64,000 nt of DNA from an uncultured Acidimicrobiaceae bacterium (GCA_963754115.1 CAVWFC010000010.1:403245-467244); one strand, 5' to 3'. Shown: positions 39,300-49,650, counted from the first letter of the stretch. The notes: a model not told the origin generated them from the letters alone. Program-made: numbers and translations.

Positions 39300-41435
39300 A
39301 GGTCCCTTCGTCCTGGCCCAGCGACCGTTCTACGAGCTGAGCCACGTCGAGCACCTGTACGTCGTCCTGGCGGCCTCGTGCCCTGACGCCGTCGTCGAGC
39401 ATGATCATGCAGTAAGGGCACGCTGTCCCCACGACGTCCGCGCCGGTAGAGAGGGCCTCGTCGGTGCGCTCGAGGTTGACGCGCTCGCCTATGTGCTCTT
39501 CGAGCCACATCCGCGCCCCGCCGGCACCACAGCAAAATCCCCTTTCGCGACAACGCTTCATCTCGACCCGACGGGTACCCGGGACGGCGTCGATAACCGA
39601 GCGTGGCTCGTCGAACACGCGGTTGTGACGACCGAGGTAGCAGGGGTCGTGATAGCTGACGCTGAGGTCGACGTGGCCGGGCCGGAGGCGGCCGCTGGCG
39701 ACGAGGTCGGCGAGTAGCTGGGAGTGATGAACGACTTCGAAGTTCCCGCCGAGGGCCGGGTACTCGTTGCGCAAGGAATTGAAGCAGTGCGGGCACGCGG
39801 TCACGATTTTTTTCACTCCGGCCGCGTTCAGCGTCGCCACGTTGGTTCTTGCCTGCTCCTGGAACAGGTACTCGTTCCCGAGGCGCCGGGCCGGGTCGCC
39901 GGTGCAGGATTCCCGGGGCCGAGCACGCCGAAGCTGAGCCCGGCCCGGTGGAACAGCCGGGCCACCGATTGAGTACCTCTTTTTGCTCGTTCGTCCAGCG
40001 CTCCCGCACAGCCGACCCAGAACAAGTAGTCGGTGCCGGGACCAGCCGCGTCCGGGAGCACAGCCGCGTCCGGGAGCACAGGCGCGTCCGGGAGCACAGG
40101 CGCCTCGGAGACCACAGGCACATCGAAGTCGAGCCCGGACGCCCATTCGAGCCGTTTTGAGCTGCCGAGGCCCCAGGGGTCGCCCGTGTTCTCAATGTTG
40201 CGCAACATCGGGACGGCCTCGTGCGGGAAGCTCGATTCCATCAGGACCTGGTGGCGGCGCATGTCGACGATGGCGTCGACGTGCTCGATGTCGACGGGGC
40301 ACTCCTCGACGCAGGCGCCACACGTCGTGCACGACCACAGGACGTCGGGCTCGATGACGTCTCCGACCAGGCTGCGCGGGGGCGTCGCGGGAGCAGTCGA
40401 CGATGGTTGGGCCGGCCCCGACGGGCTCTGCTCCGGCACGCTGTCCGCACGATCGAGCAGCCTGGGAGCGGCGGAGAACAGCTCGTCCCGGAGGTCCATC
40501 ACGACCAGCTTTGGCGAGAGCGGCTTTCCGGTTGCCCATGCCGGGCACTGGCTCTGGCATCTGCCGCACTCGGTACAGGTGGCAAAGTCGAGGAGCTGTT
40601 TCCAGCTGAACTGTTCGATCACGCCGGCGCCGAAGGTCGAGTCCTCGCCGATGTCCTCGGGTCCCATGGGGGGCGTCGACCCCAGAGCTCCCAGGGCCAC
40701 CGGTTGGCGGGAAAACGCCACATTGAGAGGGGCCAAGAAGATATGGAGGTGCTTCGAATAAACGACGAAGACGAGAAAAGCCGAGATGATGACTACGTTG
40801 AGGTCGAGGAAAAGGGTTGCGAGCGCCTCGTTGGTGGCGTGGCCGAGGGGACGGAGCGCCCGGCCGATGCCGTGGGAGGCAAAGGCCCAGGAATTGTACG
40901 GGAAGTCCCCGGTGTTGGTCTCCGCCGCACGGTAAAGGAGCAGGGTGACTATAACTGCCGCGATCCCGCCGAGCACCAGCCACGCAGCCGTCATATGGGA
41001 CCCGAAAAACCGGGACCGGCGTTCGATGCGCCGCGGGTCCTCGCGCTTGCGGATACCGGCGAAAATACCCACGCACACGAGGACCGCGCAGGCGAAAAAG
41101 TCTTCCAGGAAGCCGACGACGGAGTTGTGGCCAATACCCGGGATGGCGAAATTCGACGAAAAAAGGTCACCGAACGCCTCTATGACTGTTAGCAGGAGGA
41201 TCATGAAGCCCCAGAAGGTGAAGGCGTGGGCAACGCCCGGGACCGTCCACTGAAGCAGTTTGCGCTGGCCCAGCACCTCGCGTAACTCGGTGGCCAGCCG
41301 GCCAAACCAACCTTTCGTCCGGCCGGGGGCAGCCGCCCCGCGGGAGATGAGCCGAAAGAGCCAAACGAGGCGGGCTGTTGCGACAGCCAGGGCGATGGCG
41401 AGAGCGGATATGGCGATCGGCCAACGTGTCAACAT
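39289..41435 (-). CDS. membrane-anchored (Fe-S)-binding oxidoreductase with CCG domains (EtfD/Rv0338c-like), one apparent frameshift (~39900-39930)
   Basis: N-terminal multi-TM domain, two 4Fe-4S motifs ([24 protein letters not shown]), and C-terminal CCG-type motifs ([22 protein letters not shown]). ATG at 41435 ([10 protein letters not shown]). Confidence 0.75.
40045..40116. repeat. in-frame 18-nt tandem repeat (about 4 copies) inside the Fe-S oxidoreductase gene
   Basis: gccgcgtccgggagcaca x2, ggcgcgtccgggagcaca, and a degenerate fourth copy. Encodes [18 protein letters not shown] in a linker. Confidence 0.9.
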
Positions 41436-41457
41436 CGGCCCGGCCCGCTGACCTCGT

Positions 41458-41511
41458 TCACATTTCGAGTAGTCACATTTCTGGTCGCATTTCGAGTGGT
41501 CACATTTCAGG
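41458..41511. repeat. four tandem TCACATTTC-type motifs (GAAATGTGA on the minus strand) in the acyl-CoA dehydrogenase / Fe-S oxidoreductase intergenic spacer
   Basis: tcacatttcgagtag tcacatttctggtcg catttcgagtgg tcacatttcagg read directly. Same 8-9-mer as the terminal inverted repeats of the 133-nt element. Confidence 0.8.
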
Positions 41512-42684
41512 CCGGGGTCGGCAAGCCGAGCTGGCGGGCGATGATCGTGCGCTGGATCTCGGAGGTCCCTTCGCCGATCTCCAGGATCTTGGCGTCGCGG
41601 TAGAAGCGGCCGACGGGTGTCTCGTTCATGAAGCCGTACCCTCCGAAAATCTGGGTCGCCTCGCGGGCATTGACCATGGCGGCGTCCGACGCCACGAGCT
41701 TGGCCACGGCGGCCTCCTTTTTGAAGGGCCTTCCCGATACGGCCCGGGTGGCAGCGTCGTACCAGGTGAGCCGGGCCGCGTGGCCCGCGCCTCCATATCG
41801 GCCAGCTTGAACTGCAGCGCCTGGTACTCACCTATCTTGTGACCGAACGCCTCGCGTTCGTTGACATATGCGAGGCATTCGTCTATGCACCCCTGAGCGA
41901 GGCCGACGGACAGCGCGGCAATGGCCACGCGGCCCTCGTCCAATACCTGCAAAAACTGGGCATAGCCCCGGCCCTCTTCACCGAGCAGGTTGTCGAGCGG
42001 GACCCTGCAGTCCGAAAACGAGAGCTCCCTGGTATCCGACGCGGACCAGCCGACTTTGGAGTACTTTTTCGAGACGTTTAAACCTGGCGTCCCGGCGGGG
42101 ACGATGATGGTGGAAATCTGGCGCTGCTTGTTGGCGGGCTCCCCGGTCACCGCGGTAACCGTGACGAGGCCGGTGATCTCCGTCCCTGCGTTGGTAATGA
42201 ACGATTTTGTGCCATTGATCACCCATTCGCCGGCGTCCCGGCGGGCAGTCGTCCGGGTGGCGCCGGCGTCGGAGCCCCCGCTCGGTTCGGTCAGCCCGAA
42301 CGCACCCAGCATTTCACCACTGCACAGCCGGGGCAGCCAGTATTGTTTTTGCGGTTCGGTGCCAAACCGGTATATGGGCATGGCGCCCAGGCCCACGCTC
42401 GCCTCGAGAGTTATGGCCACCGATGAGTCGACGCGTGCGAGCTCCTCGATCGTCAGGCAGAAGGCCAGATAATCACCACCCATTCCCCCGTATTCCTCCG
42501 GGAAGGGCAGGCCGAACAGGCCCATCTCGCCCATCTTGGCCACGATGCCGTACGGGAACTCCTCCCGCTCGTAGAAATCTCCTATTGTCGGCGCCACCTC
42601 TTTGCGGGCGAAGCGTTCCACGGTGGCCCGTAGCTGCTCATGTTCATCTGCTAGAAGCAGGCTGGCGCCCGCGCCCGTGCTCAC
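41507..42684 (-). CDS. acyl-CoA dehydrogenase (isovaleryl-CoA dehydrogenase candidate by context), one apparent frameshift (~41783)
   Basis: GAFGLTEPSGGSDAG, WVINGTKSFITNAG and a C-terminal IFGGYGFMNETPVGRFYRDAKILEIGEGTSEIQ. GTG start with SD ggaaggag. Confidence 0.8.
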
Positions 42685-42704
42685 TGGTTTCTCCTTCCGT
42701 TGCT

Positions 42705-42781
42705 CTCATGGCTCATGGTTCGTCGCTCATGGACCGTCGCTCATGGACTGTCGCTCATGGACTGTCGCTCATGGTTCGATT
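42705..42781. repeat. 14-nt tandem repeat (ctcatggactgtcg variants, about 5.5 copies) between the HMG-CoA lyase and acyl-CoA dehydrogenase genes
   Basis: Units start at 42705 (half), 42712, 42726, 42740, 42754 and 42768. Read directly. Confidence 0.95.
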
Positions 42782-43704
42782 TCCTTCGCCAGGGCCTGCA
42801 CCGTCCGGCTCGGGCTCGGCCGGCCGAGCTGACGTGCCATCCACAGGCTTGTGCGGGCCAGGGCTACGAGGTCGACGCCCGTGCCGATACCGAGGCCATC
42901 GAGCTGGAACAGGAGGTCTTCGGTGGACAGGTTCCCGGTGGCGCTCTTAGCGAAAGGGCAACCTCCTAGCCCGCCGGCCGAAGCATCTACGGTGGTCACT
43001 CCGGCGTGCAGAGCTTCCAGTGTGTTGGCCAGAGCCTGGCCGTACGTGTCGTGAAAGTGGACGGCGAGCCTGTCCAGGCTTACTCCCGCGTCTGCAAGGC
43101 GCGTCAGCACAGCGCGCACGGCGCCGGGGGTCGCCACTCCGATGGTGTCGCCCAGGGACACCTCCCGGCAACCCATGCCCAGCAGCTCTGTGGCTACCCG
43201 GACCACCTCGGTCGGGTCGACCACGCCTTCCCACGGGTCGCCGAAACACATCGAGATATAGCCGCGGACCACCAGCCCCTCCTGGCGAGCGCGACCGGCG
43301 ACCTCGCCGAAGACGCGCAGGCTCTCGTCCCGGCTCCGGTTCAGGTTCCGTCGGGCGAAGGTCTCGGTGGCGCTCGCGATCAAGGCAATCTCGCGTACGC
43401 CAATGGCCAGGGCACGGTCGAGACCGCGCTGGTTCGGCACGAGGACGGGGTACCGCACGCCTGAGCGGGAGGGCAGCCGGGCCAGCAGTTCTTCGGCGTC
43501 GGCCAGTTGTGGCACCGTGTCTGGCCGTACGAGGCTGGTCACCTCCACTGCGCTCAGGCCGGCCTCGACCAGTCGAGCAATGAACTCGAGCTTGGTCTCG
43601 AGGGGAACGAGACCCGGCTCGTTCTGGAGACCGTCGCGAGGGCCGACCTCGTACACGGTCACCCGCTCCGGAAGGCCGGTAAGCCGGACCGCATCAAGGT
43701 GCAT
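42769..43704 (-). CDS. hydroxymethylglutaryl-CoA lyase
   Basis: VTVYEVGPRDGLQNE N-terminal signature and TIM-barrel HMGL-like length (311 aa). Confidence 0.9.
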   Translation of the reverse strand: MHLDAVRLTGLPERVTVYEVGPRDGLQNEPGLVPLETKLEFIARLVEAGLSAVEVTSLVRPDTVPQLADAEELLARLPSRSGVRYPVLVPNQRGLDRALAIGVREIALIASATETFARRNLNRSRDESLRVFGEVAGRARQEGLVVRGYISMCFGDPWEGVVDPTEVVRVATELLGMGCREVSLGDTIGVATPGAVRAVLTRLADAGVSLDRLAVHFHDTYGQALANTLEALHAGVTTVDASAGGLGGCPFAKSATGNLSTEDLLFQLDGLGIGTGVDLVALARTSLWMARQLGRPSPSRTVQALAKEIEP

Positions 43705-45693
43705 CTTGGCCTCCTTCTGATATCTCTTCGCTCAACTCGAAGAGCACGTCGCCACGCGCCACCCGGGAGCCGGCAGCGAAGCCGACCCGCTCCACTCTGG
43801 CCGCCAGGCGCGCCTTCAGCGGGTATTCCATCTTCATCGACTCGAGCACGCCGAGCACTTGGCCTTCCCCAACGGAGTCACCGGCACTAACGCCAACGGC
43901 CACCAGGGTCCCCGGTAGGGGTGCCACCACCACGTCGTCATCAACGGCCCGTTGGTGCCTGCGGCTGACACCAAGCTCGAAGCGGAAGTTTGCGCCGCGA
44001 TAGGCAACCAGCACAGCAGCCGGTGCGGCGCCGGTTTCTGTCGTCACGGTAAAGCGCTCGACCGTGCCCTCCACTTCGACGGTAAGGCGGTCGCCTTCGA
44101 GATTTACGGAGCCGACTTCTACGGGCGGGACAAGGCCGTGCACGACCACACACCCGTCCTGACCGTCGGCGCCGGCCTGAAGCGCCAGTTCATGCCGCTG
44201 TTCGTCCGTCACCAGGCTCAGGCGCATCGGCGCCGGCCGGCCTCCTGCCCGCCAGCCGTCCGGCCCAAATGCGTCGTTGTGGCCCCACTGGCGAGCTTGT
44301 TCGAACAAGAACAATGCCGCCGCCATGAGGGGAAAGTGAAAATCCGGTGCCTCCCCCGCGGGCTGCTCGTCGAGCCAGCTGGTGTAGATAGCCGCGCGGG
44401 CGAAGCGGTCCGACGCCACGAGGTTGCGGAGGAAGCCGAGATTTGTCGTCAGGCCGAAAATCGCAGTTCCGTCGAGGGCGTCCACGAGCCTTCGGCGCGC
44501 TGCTTCCCGGTTGGCCCATAGGCGACGAGCTTTCCGAGCATCGGGTCATAAAACGTCCCGATCTCCTGGCCCGCCACCAGGGCGGCGTCGACGCGGACGC
44601 CCGATGGCCAACGGACGTGCGTAGCCCGTCCGGCCTGGGGCAGGAACCCGTGCTCGGCGTCCTCGGCGTAAACGCGCACTTCGATGGCGTGGCCCTCGAC
44701 GCCAATATCTTCCTGGGCCAGGCGCAGGGGCTCACCTCCGGCCAGGCGCAGCTGGAGCTCGACCAGGTCCAGCCCGGTCACGGCCTCCGTCACGGCGTGC
44801 TCGACCTGGAGCCGCGTGTTCATTTCGAGGAAGTAGACATCGTCGCCGACGGCAAGGAACTCGACCGTCCCCAGGCTGCGATAAGAGACGTGCCTGGCTA
44901 TCCGCATGGCTGCGTCGAGGGCCGGCCGGGCCGGCCCGTTGTTGACCGTTGCGGGGGCCTCCTCGACCACCTTTTGGTGACGGCGTTGGACGGAGCAATC
45001 GCGGTCGAAGACGTGCAGTACCCGTCCTTCACCGTCGCCAATAACCTGGACCTCGAGGTGCCGCCCCGTCGGGATGTAGCGCTCGACGAACAACGAAGGG
45101 TCACCAAAGGACGCCTCTGCTTCCCGGCTGGCCACTGCCAGTGCCTCCTGCAGTCCCGCCGCGTCGTTCACCACCCGCATCCCCTTGCCCCCGCCCCCGG
45201 CGACGGCCTTGACAAGCGCCGGGAACCCGAGCTCGGCCGCGACGCGGGCGGCCAGGCCGGCAGCGTCCGTGGCCTCGACGGCAGGGACCACCGGTGCGCC
45301 GACGTGGGCGGCGAGCTGGCGCGCCCGGTCCTTCCGGCTCATCAGCTCGATCACTTCGGGTTGCGGGCCTACGAAGACGAGGCCCGCCGCTTCGCAGGCC
45401 CCGGCAAAGGAGGAGCTCTCGGAGAGGAACCCATAACCGGGATGGACGGCGTTCGCCCCTTCCCGCACCGCCGCTCTCAGTACCGCCTCAATCGAGAGGT
45501 ACGACTCAGCTGCAGGAGGGGGACCTATTCGCACCGCCCGGTCGGCCTCGGCCACGTGAGGCGCGTCGCGGTCGGCGTCCGAATAGACCGCCACCGTCCG
45601 CAACCCGATGTGCCGGGCGGCCCGAATTACTCGCCGCGCCACTTCGCCGCGGTTGGCGACAAGCAGCGTGTCGATGCCTCCCACCGGTCTCAC
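43694..45693 (-). CDS. biotin-dependent acyl-CoA carboxylase alpha subunit (biotin carboxylase + BCCP; methylcrotonyl-CoA carboxylase by context), one apparent frameshift (~44470-44500)
   Basis: [35 protein letters not shown], and a C-terminal biotinyl motif LESMKME. GTG 45693 overlaps the beta-subunit stop (ATGTGA). Confidence 0.85.
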
Positions 45694-47439
45694 ATCCGGA
45701 ACACGCCGTAACGCGTCGGTGTGAGGTCGGGGGCGGCGGCGGCCAGTGCCAGCCCCATGGCCAGCACGCGGCGCGTCTCCAGGGGGTCGATCACGCCGTC
45801 GTCCCACAGGCGAGCCGTCGAGTAGTAGGGCGAGCCCTGTGACCTGTAGCGCTCCCTGGTGGTCGCCTTCAGGGCCTCCAGCGCCCGGTCACCGTCGACC
45901 CCGACGGTTTCGGTGCCTTGCCGGCTGTTACCCGTGGCACCCGGGTTGCCGCCATCGCCCCTTACCGACGAGGCACCCCGACGCTCCCGTCCGACCAGGG
46001 CGAGAACTTCGGCCGCCTGGTCGCCCCCCATCACCGAGATGTCCGCGTTTGGCCACATGAACAGCAAACGGGGGTCGAATGCTCGTCCGCACATCCCATA
46101 ATTGCCCGCTCCGAAGGAACCGCCGATGATCACGGTCAGCTTGGCGACGCGGCGAACAGGCGACCGCCGTGACGAGTTTGGCGCCATCCTTGGCGATACC
46201 CCGGTGCTCGTACTCGCGCCCAACCATAAAGCCACTGATGTTCTGCAGGAATATGAGAGGGATGCCGCGCTGGTTGCACAGCTCTATGAAATGCGTCCCT
46301 TTCAATGCCGACTCCGAGAAAAGGATGCCGTTGTTGGCGACAATCCCGGCCCGGTAGCCGCTGATGCGGGCAAAACCGCACACGAGGGTCTCTCCGTAAG
46401 CGGCCTTGAACTCGTGCAGCCTCGAGCCGTCGACGACTCGTCGGATGACTTCGTGCACGTCGTACGGCTGGCGCACGTCGGCCGGTACGACGTCGTACAG
46501 CTCGGCGGGGTCCTCGGCCGGGTCCTCGGGCTCCACCCGGTCAGCGGTACCCTCTGGTGCCGGTGGCGGGAGCGTGCTGACCATGGACCGCATGATCTCG
46601 AGAGCATCCATGTCGCTGTCGGCGAGATGGTCGACCACGCCCGACCGGCGAGCGTGCACCTCGCCCCCTCCGAGCTCTTCGGCGCTAACGATCTCGCCGG
46701 TGGCGGCGCGGACCAGGGGAGGACCGCCGAGGAAGATGGTGCCCTCGTCGCGCACGATCACGGTCTCGTCGCTCATCGCCGGCACGTAGGCCCCTCCGGC
46801 CGTACTCGAGCCAAGCACGGCTGACAGCTGCGCGATCCCTGCCTCCGACATCCGGGCCTGGTTGAAAAAGATGCGCCCAAAATGGTCGCGGTCGGGGAAC
46901 ACTTCATCCTGCAGAGGCAGGTACGCCCCGCCAGAGTCGACCAGGTAGCAGCACGGTAGCCGGTAGGCGGCGGCGATCTCCTGGGCGCGCAGGTGCTTTT
47001 TGACCGTCATCGGGTAGTAGGTGCCGCCTTTTACCGTGGCATCGTTGGCGATCACCATGCAACAGCGCCCGGCAATCCTGCCGATGCCGGTAACGATGCC
47101 CGCCGCCGGCACGGGCTCGTCGTACAAATCCCAGGCCGCCAGCGGGGACAGCTCCAGAAAGGCGGCACCAGGGTCGAGCAGGCGGTCGACCCTGTCTCGT
47201 ACGAGCAACTTGTTCCGTTGCAAGTGGCGCCGCCGTGCCCGTTCGTCCCCGCCCTGGCGCACGAGCGCCAAGCGCCGCCGCAGCTCGGCGGTGAGCTCGG
47301 CCATGGAAGCCCCACTACCCGACGACCCACTACCCGACGACCCACTACCCGACGACGTCGGGCCAGACGACTGAGACGCAGAGAGCACGGCCGGTGACGG
47401 GCCACCGTTGGCATCGTCGCCTTTGCTCCCTATTGCCAT
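45690..47439 (-). CDS. acyl-CoA carboxylase carboxyltransferase (beta) subunit (methylcrotonyl-CoA carboxylase by context), one apparent frameshift (~46140). N-terminal Ser/Gly repeat extension
   Basis: [30 protein letters not shown], then [19 protein letters not shown] in the frame of ORF 45690..46235. ATG 47439 has a strong SD (ggagaaggacgaaacc). Confidence 0.85.
47311..47370. repeat. in-frame 15-nt tandem repeat (3 perfect copies and 1 degenerate) in the 5' end of the carboxyltransferase gene
   Basis: cccactacccgacga x3, encoding SSGSG repeats on the minus strand. Confidence 0.9.
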
Positions 47440-47701
47440 GGTTTCGTCCTTCTCCGGCTGACATTCCATCTGTGCACCGGTCACCGGCGGCAAGCGGGCG
47501 CCGGCGACAATTAATCGAAGAGTAACGCTCCGGGCGGACAGAGTCGCCGACCCGGGCGTCGCCACCCGGACGTCCGGAGGGGGCGAAGCCGGCCGCGGCC
47601 GCACTGTGGGCCTCCGTTGCGGGACAGCTGCACTGCGTTTGTGGCCCTCCGCTATGACCAGGTCCGCGCCGGGGCTCTCCCGGGCCCCCCGGTCAGCCTG
47701 C

Positions 47702-47743
47702 CATTGCATAGCGTGAGGCCGGCATTGCGTAGGGTGAGGTCGG
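47702..47743. promoter_or_regulatory. 21-nt direct repeat x2 about 30 nt upstream of the enoyl-CoA hydratase start (candidate operator)
   Basis: cattgcatagcgtgaggccgg / cattgcgtagggtgaggtcgg, contiguous, in the divergent liu promoter region. Function is inferred only. Confidence 0.25.
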
Positions 47744-47775
47744 CCGGCATGAGAACCAACTGAGCGAGGGCCCCC

Positions 47776-48590
47776 ATGACCACAACCGACCAGGACCAAT
47801 TCGTGCGGCTCGTCCAGAACGGGCCGGTGGGCGAGATCGTCCTCGACCGCCCCGATGCCATGAACGCGCTCTCGAGCGCAATGGCCGTACAGCTGGCAGG
47901 CGCCTGTGACGAGGTGCGGCAGCGGCGCGGCATGCACGTTGTCGTCGTCTCGTCGACTTCGGCGCGCGCCTTTTGTGTGGGTGCGGACCTGAAGGAACGT
48001 GCGCGCTTCAACGACGCCGAGATGGCGGCGCAGCGGCCCCTGATCAGGGCCGCCTTCGATGCCGTGCGCGCCGTCGAGGTGCCCATGATCGCGGCAGTGT
48101 CGGGGTACGCGCTGGGTGGTGGTTGCGAGCTCGCCCTATCGGCCGACCTGATTGTGGCGGACGAAACAGCCGAGCTGGCCCTACCCGAGACGGCCGTCGG
48201 CCTCGTCCCGGGAGGTGGCGGGACGCAGATGCTGGCGCGCCGCGCCGGGCCCGGCGTGGCCGCCGACATGATCTTCACGGCAAGGCGTGTCCCTGCACGC
48301 GAGGCGCTCCAGCTCGGCCTCGTGGACCGCGTGGTCCAACGGGGGGCATCGCCGCGGCGGCCTTCGCCTTGGCCAATTTGATCGCCGCCAATTCCCCGGT
48401 TGCTCTGCGGGCGGCCAAGCGGGCGGTACGCGTCGGCGCCGGTGCCGATCTGGCCGCCGGCCTCGAGGTTGAAGATGCGGCCTGGCGGACAGCGGCGTCC
48501 TCGCCCGATCGGGCCGAAGGGATCGGGGCGTTCGTGGAGAAGCGGTCTCCCCGCTGGCCTTCTTACGGGGCCAATGGGGACGACTCATGA
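47776..48590 (+). CDS. enoyl-CoA hydratase/isomerase family protein (methylglutaconyl-CoA hydratase by context), one apparent frameshift (~48340-48370)
   Basis: [11 protein letters not shown] and [16 protein letters not shown] crotonase motifs. C-terminus [19 protein letters not shown] is in the frame of ORF 47973..48590. Confidence 0.8.
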
Positions 48591-48738
48591 CGAAGTAGCA
48601 TCCGTAGTGCTGCCTCCAGGAACGTTTGCCCGGTTGCCGGCGGCAACAGGCCTGACGGCGTCTTAGACTCCGGGTGTGCAACCGGGCAAACGTTGCCTGT
48701 CGTGGCAGTAGCCAATACGTAAGCATCGGTTCGACTGA

Positions 48739-49650
48739 TTGGAGTGTGCGACGATGGGCGCTGAAGCCGTGGTGGTTACCGTCATCGGGGCAGGGGGCAA
48801 GATGGGGATGCGCGTCTCGGCCAACCTCGAGCGCAGTCCTTATTCCGTTCGTTATTGCGAGAATTTCCCCCAGGCCCAGGAGAGAGTCTTAGCGGCCGGT
48901 CGCCAGCTCAGCGATAGCCAGTCTGCCGCGGCGCGCAGCGATGTGGTGGTTCTGGCTGTCCCCGATGTCTCGCTCGGTGAGGTGTCGAAGGCCATCGTCC
49001 CCGAAATGCGAGCAGGGTCGGTGCTTTTGACCCTGGACCCGGCCGCCGCGTACGCCGGTGTCCTGGCCACCCGACCTCATGTCCATATTGCGGTCGCCCA
49101 TCCGTGCCACCCATCGATTTTCCTCGAGCGCACGAGCGATGAGCAGTGGGCCGACACTTTCGGCGGCGTGGCCGCGCCTCAGGACGTCGTGGCCGCCTTC
49201 GAAGACGACGACCCGGCTGCACGCGACCGTACCGAGGCCGTGATCCGTACGATATACGGGCCGGTACTGGACGTTCACTGGGTCACGGTCAAGCAATTAG
49301 CCGTGCTCGAACCCACTCTCGTCGAGACGATCACGTGCATGATCAGCGCTCTTTTGAAGGACGCCCTGCAAGAAACCGTCACGTCGGCCGGCGTCCCCGA
49401 GGAGGCCGCGAGGGCCATACTTCTGGGCCACATCCAGGTAGCTCTGACAAACTCCCTGAGGGGGTCCAATCCCTTCTCCGAGGCGTGCCATATAGCCATG
49501 GAATACGGCCGTCGCACTGTGGTCAACGAGGATTGGAAGCGGATATTCAATGACGACGAACTGGACGGCTTGATCGCCAAAATGCTTCATATCGACAGGA
49601 CGGACATGCACCCGCCGCTTGTCGCCTCCGAGGCTTCGGCTAGCAAGTAA
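48739..49650 (+). CDS. NAD(P)-binding oxidoreductase (6-phosphogluconate dehydrogenase-like/ProC-like fold)
   Basis: Rossmann motif VTVIGAGGKMG at the N-terminus and VVVLAVPD. 303-aa intact ORF. Precise family not resolved. Confidence 0.5.
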   Translation: MECATMGAEAVVVTVIGAGGKMGMRVSANLERSPYSVRYCENFPQAQERVLAAGRQLSDSQSAAARSDVVVLAVPDVSLGEVSKAIVPEMRAGSVLLTLDPAAAYAGVLATRPHVHIAVAHPCHPSIFLERTSDEQWADTFGGVAAPQDVVAAFEDDDPAARDRTEAVIRTIYGPVLDVHWVTVKQLAVLEPTLVETITCMISALLKDALQETVTSAGVPEEAARAILLGHIQVALTNSLRGSNPFSEACHIAMEYGRRTVVNEDWKRIFNDDELDGLIAKMLHIDRTDMHPPLVASEASASK

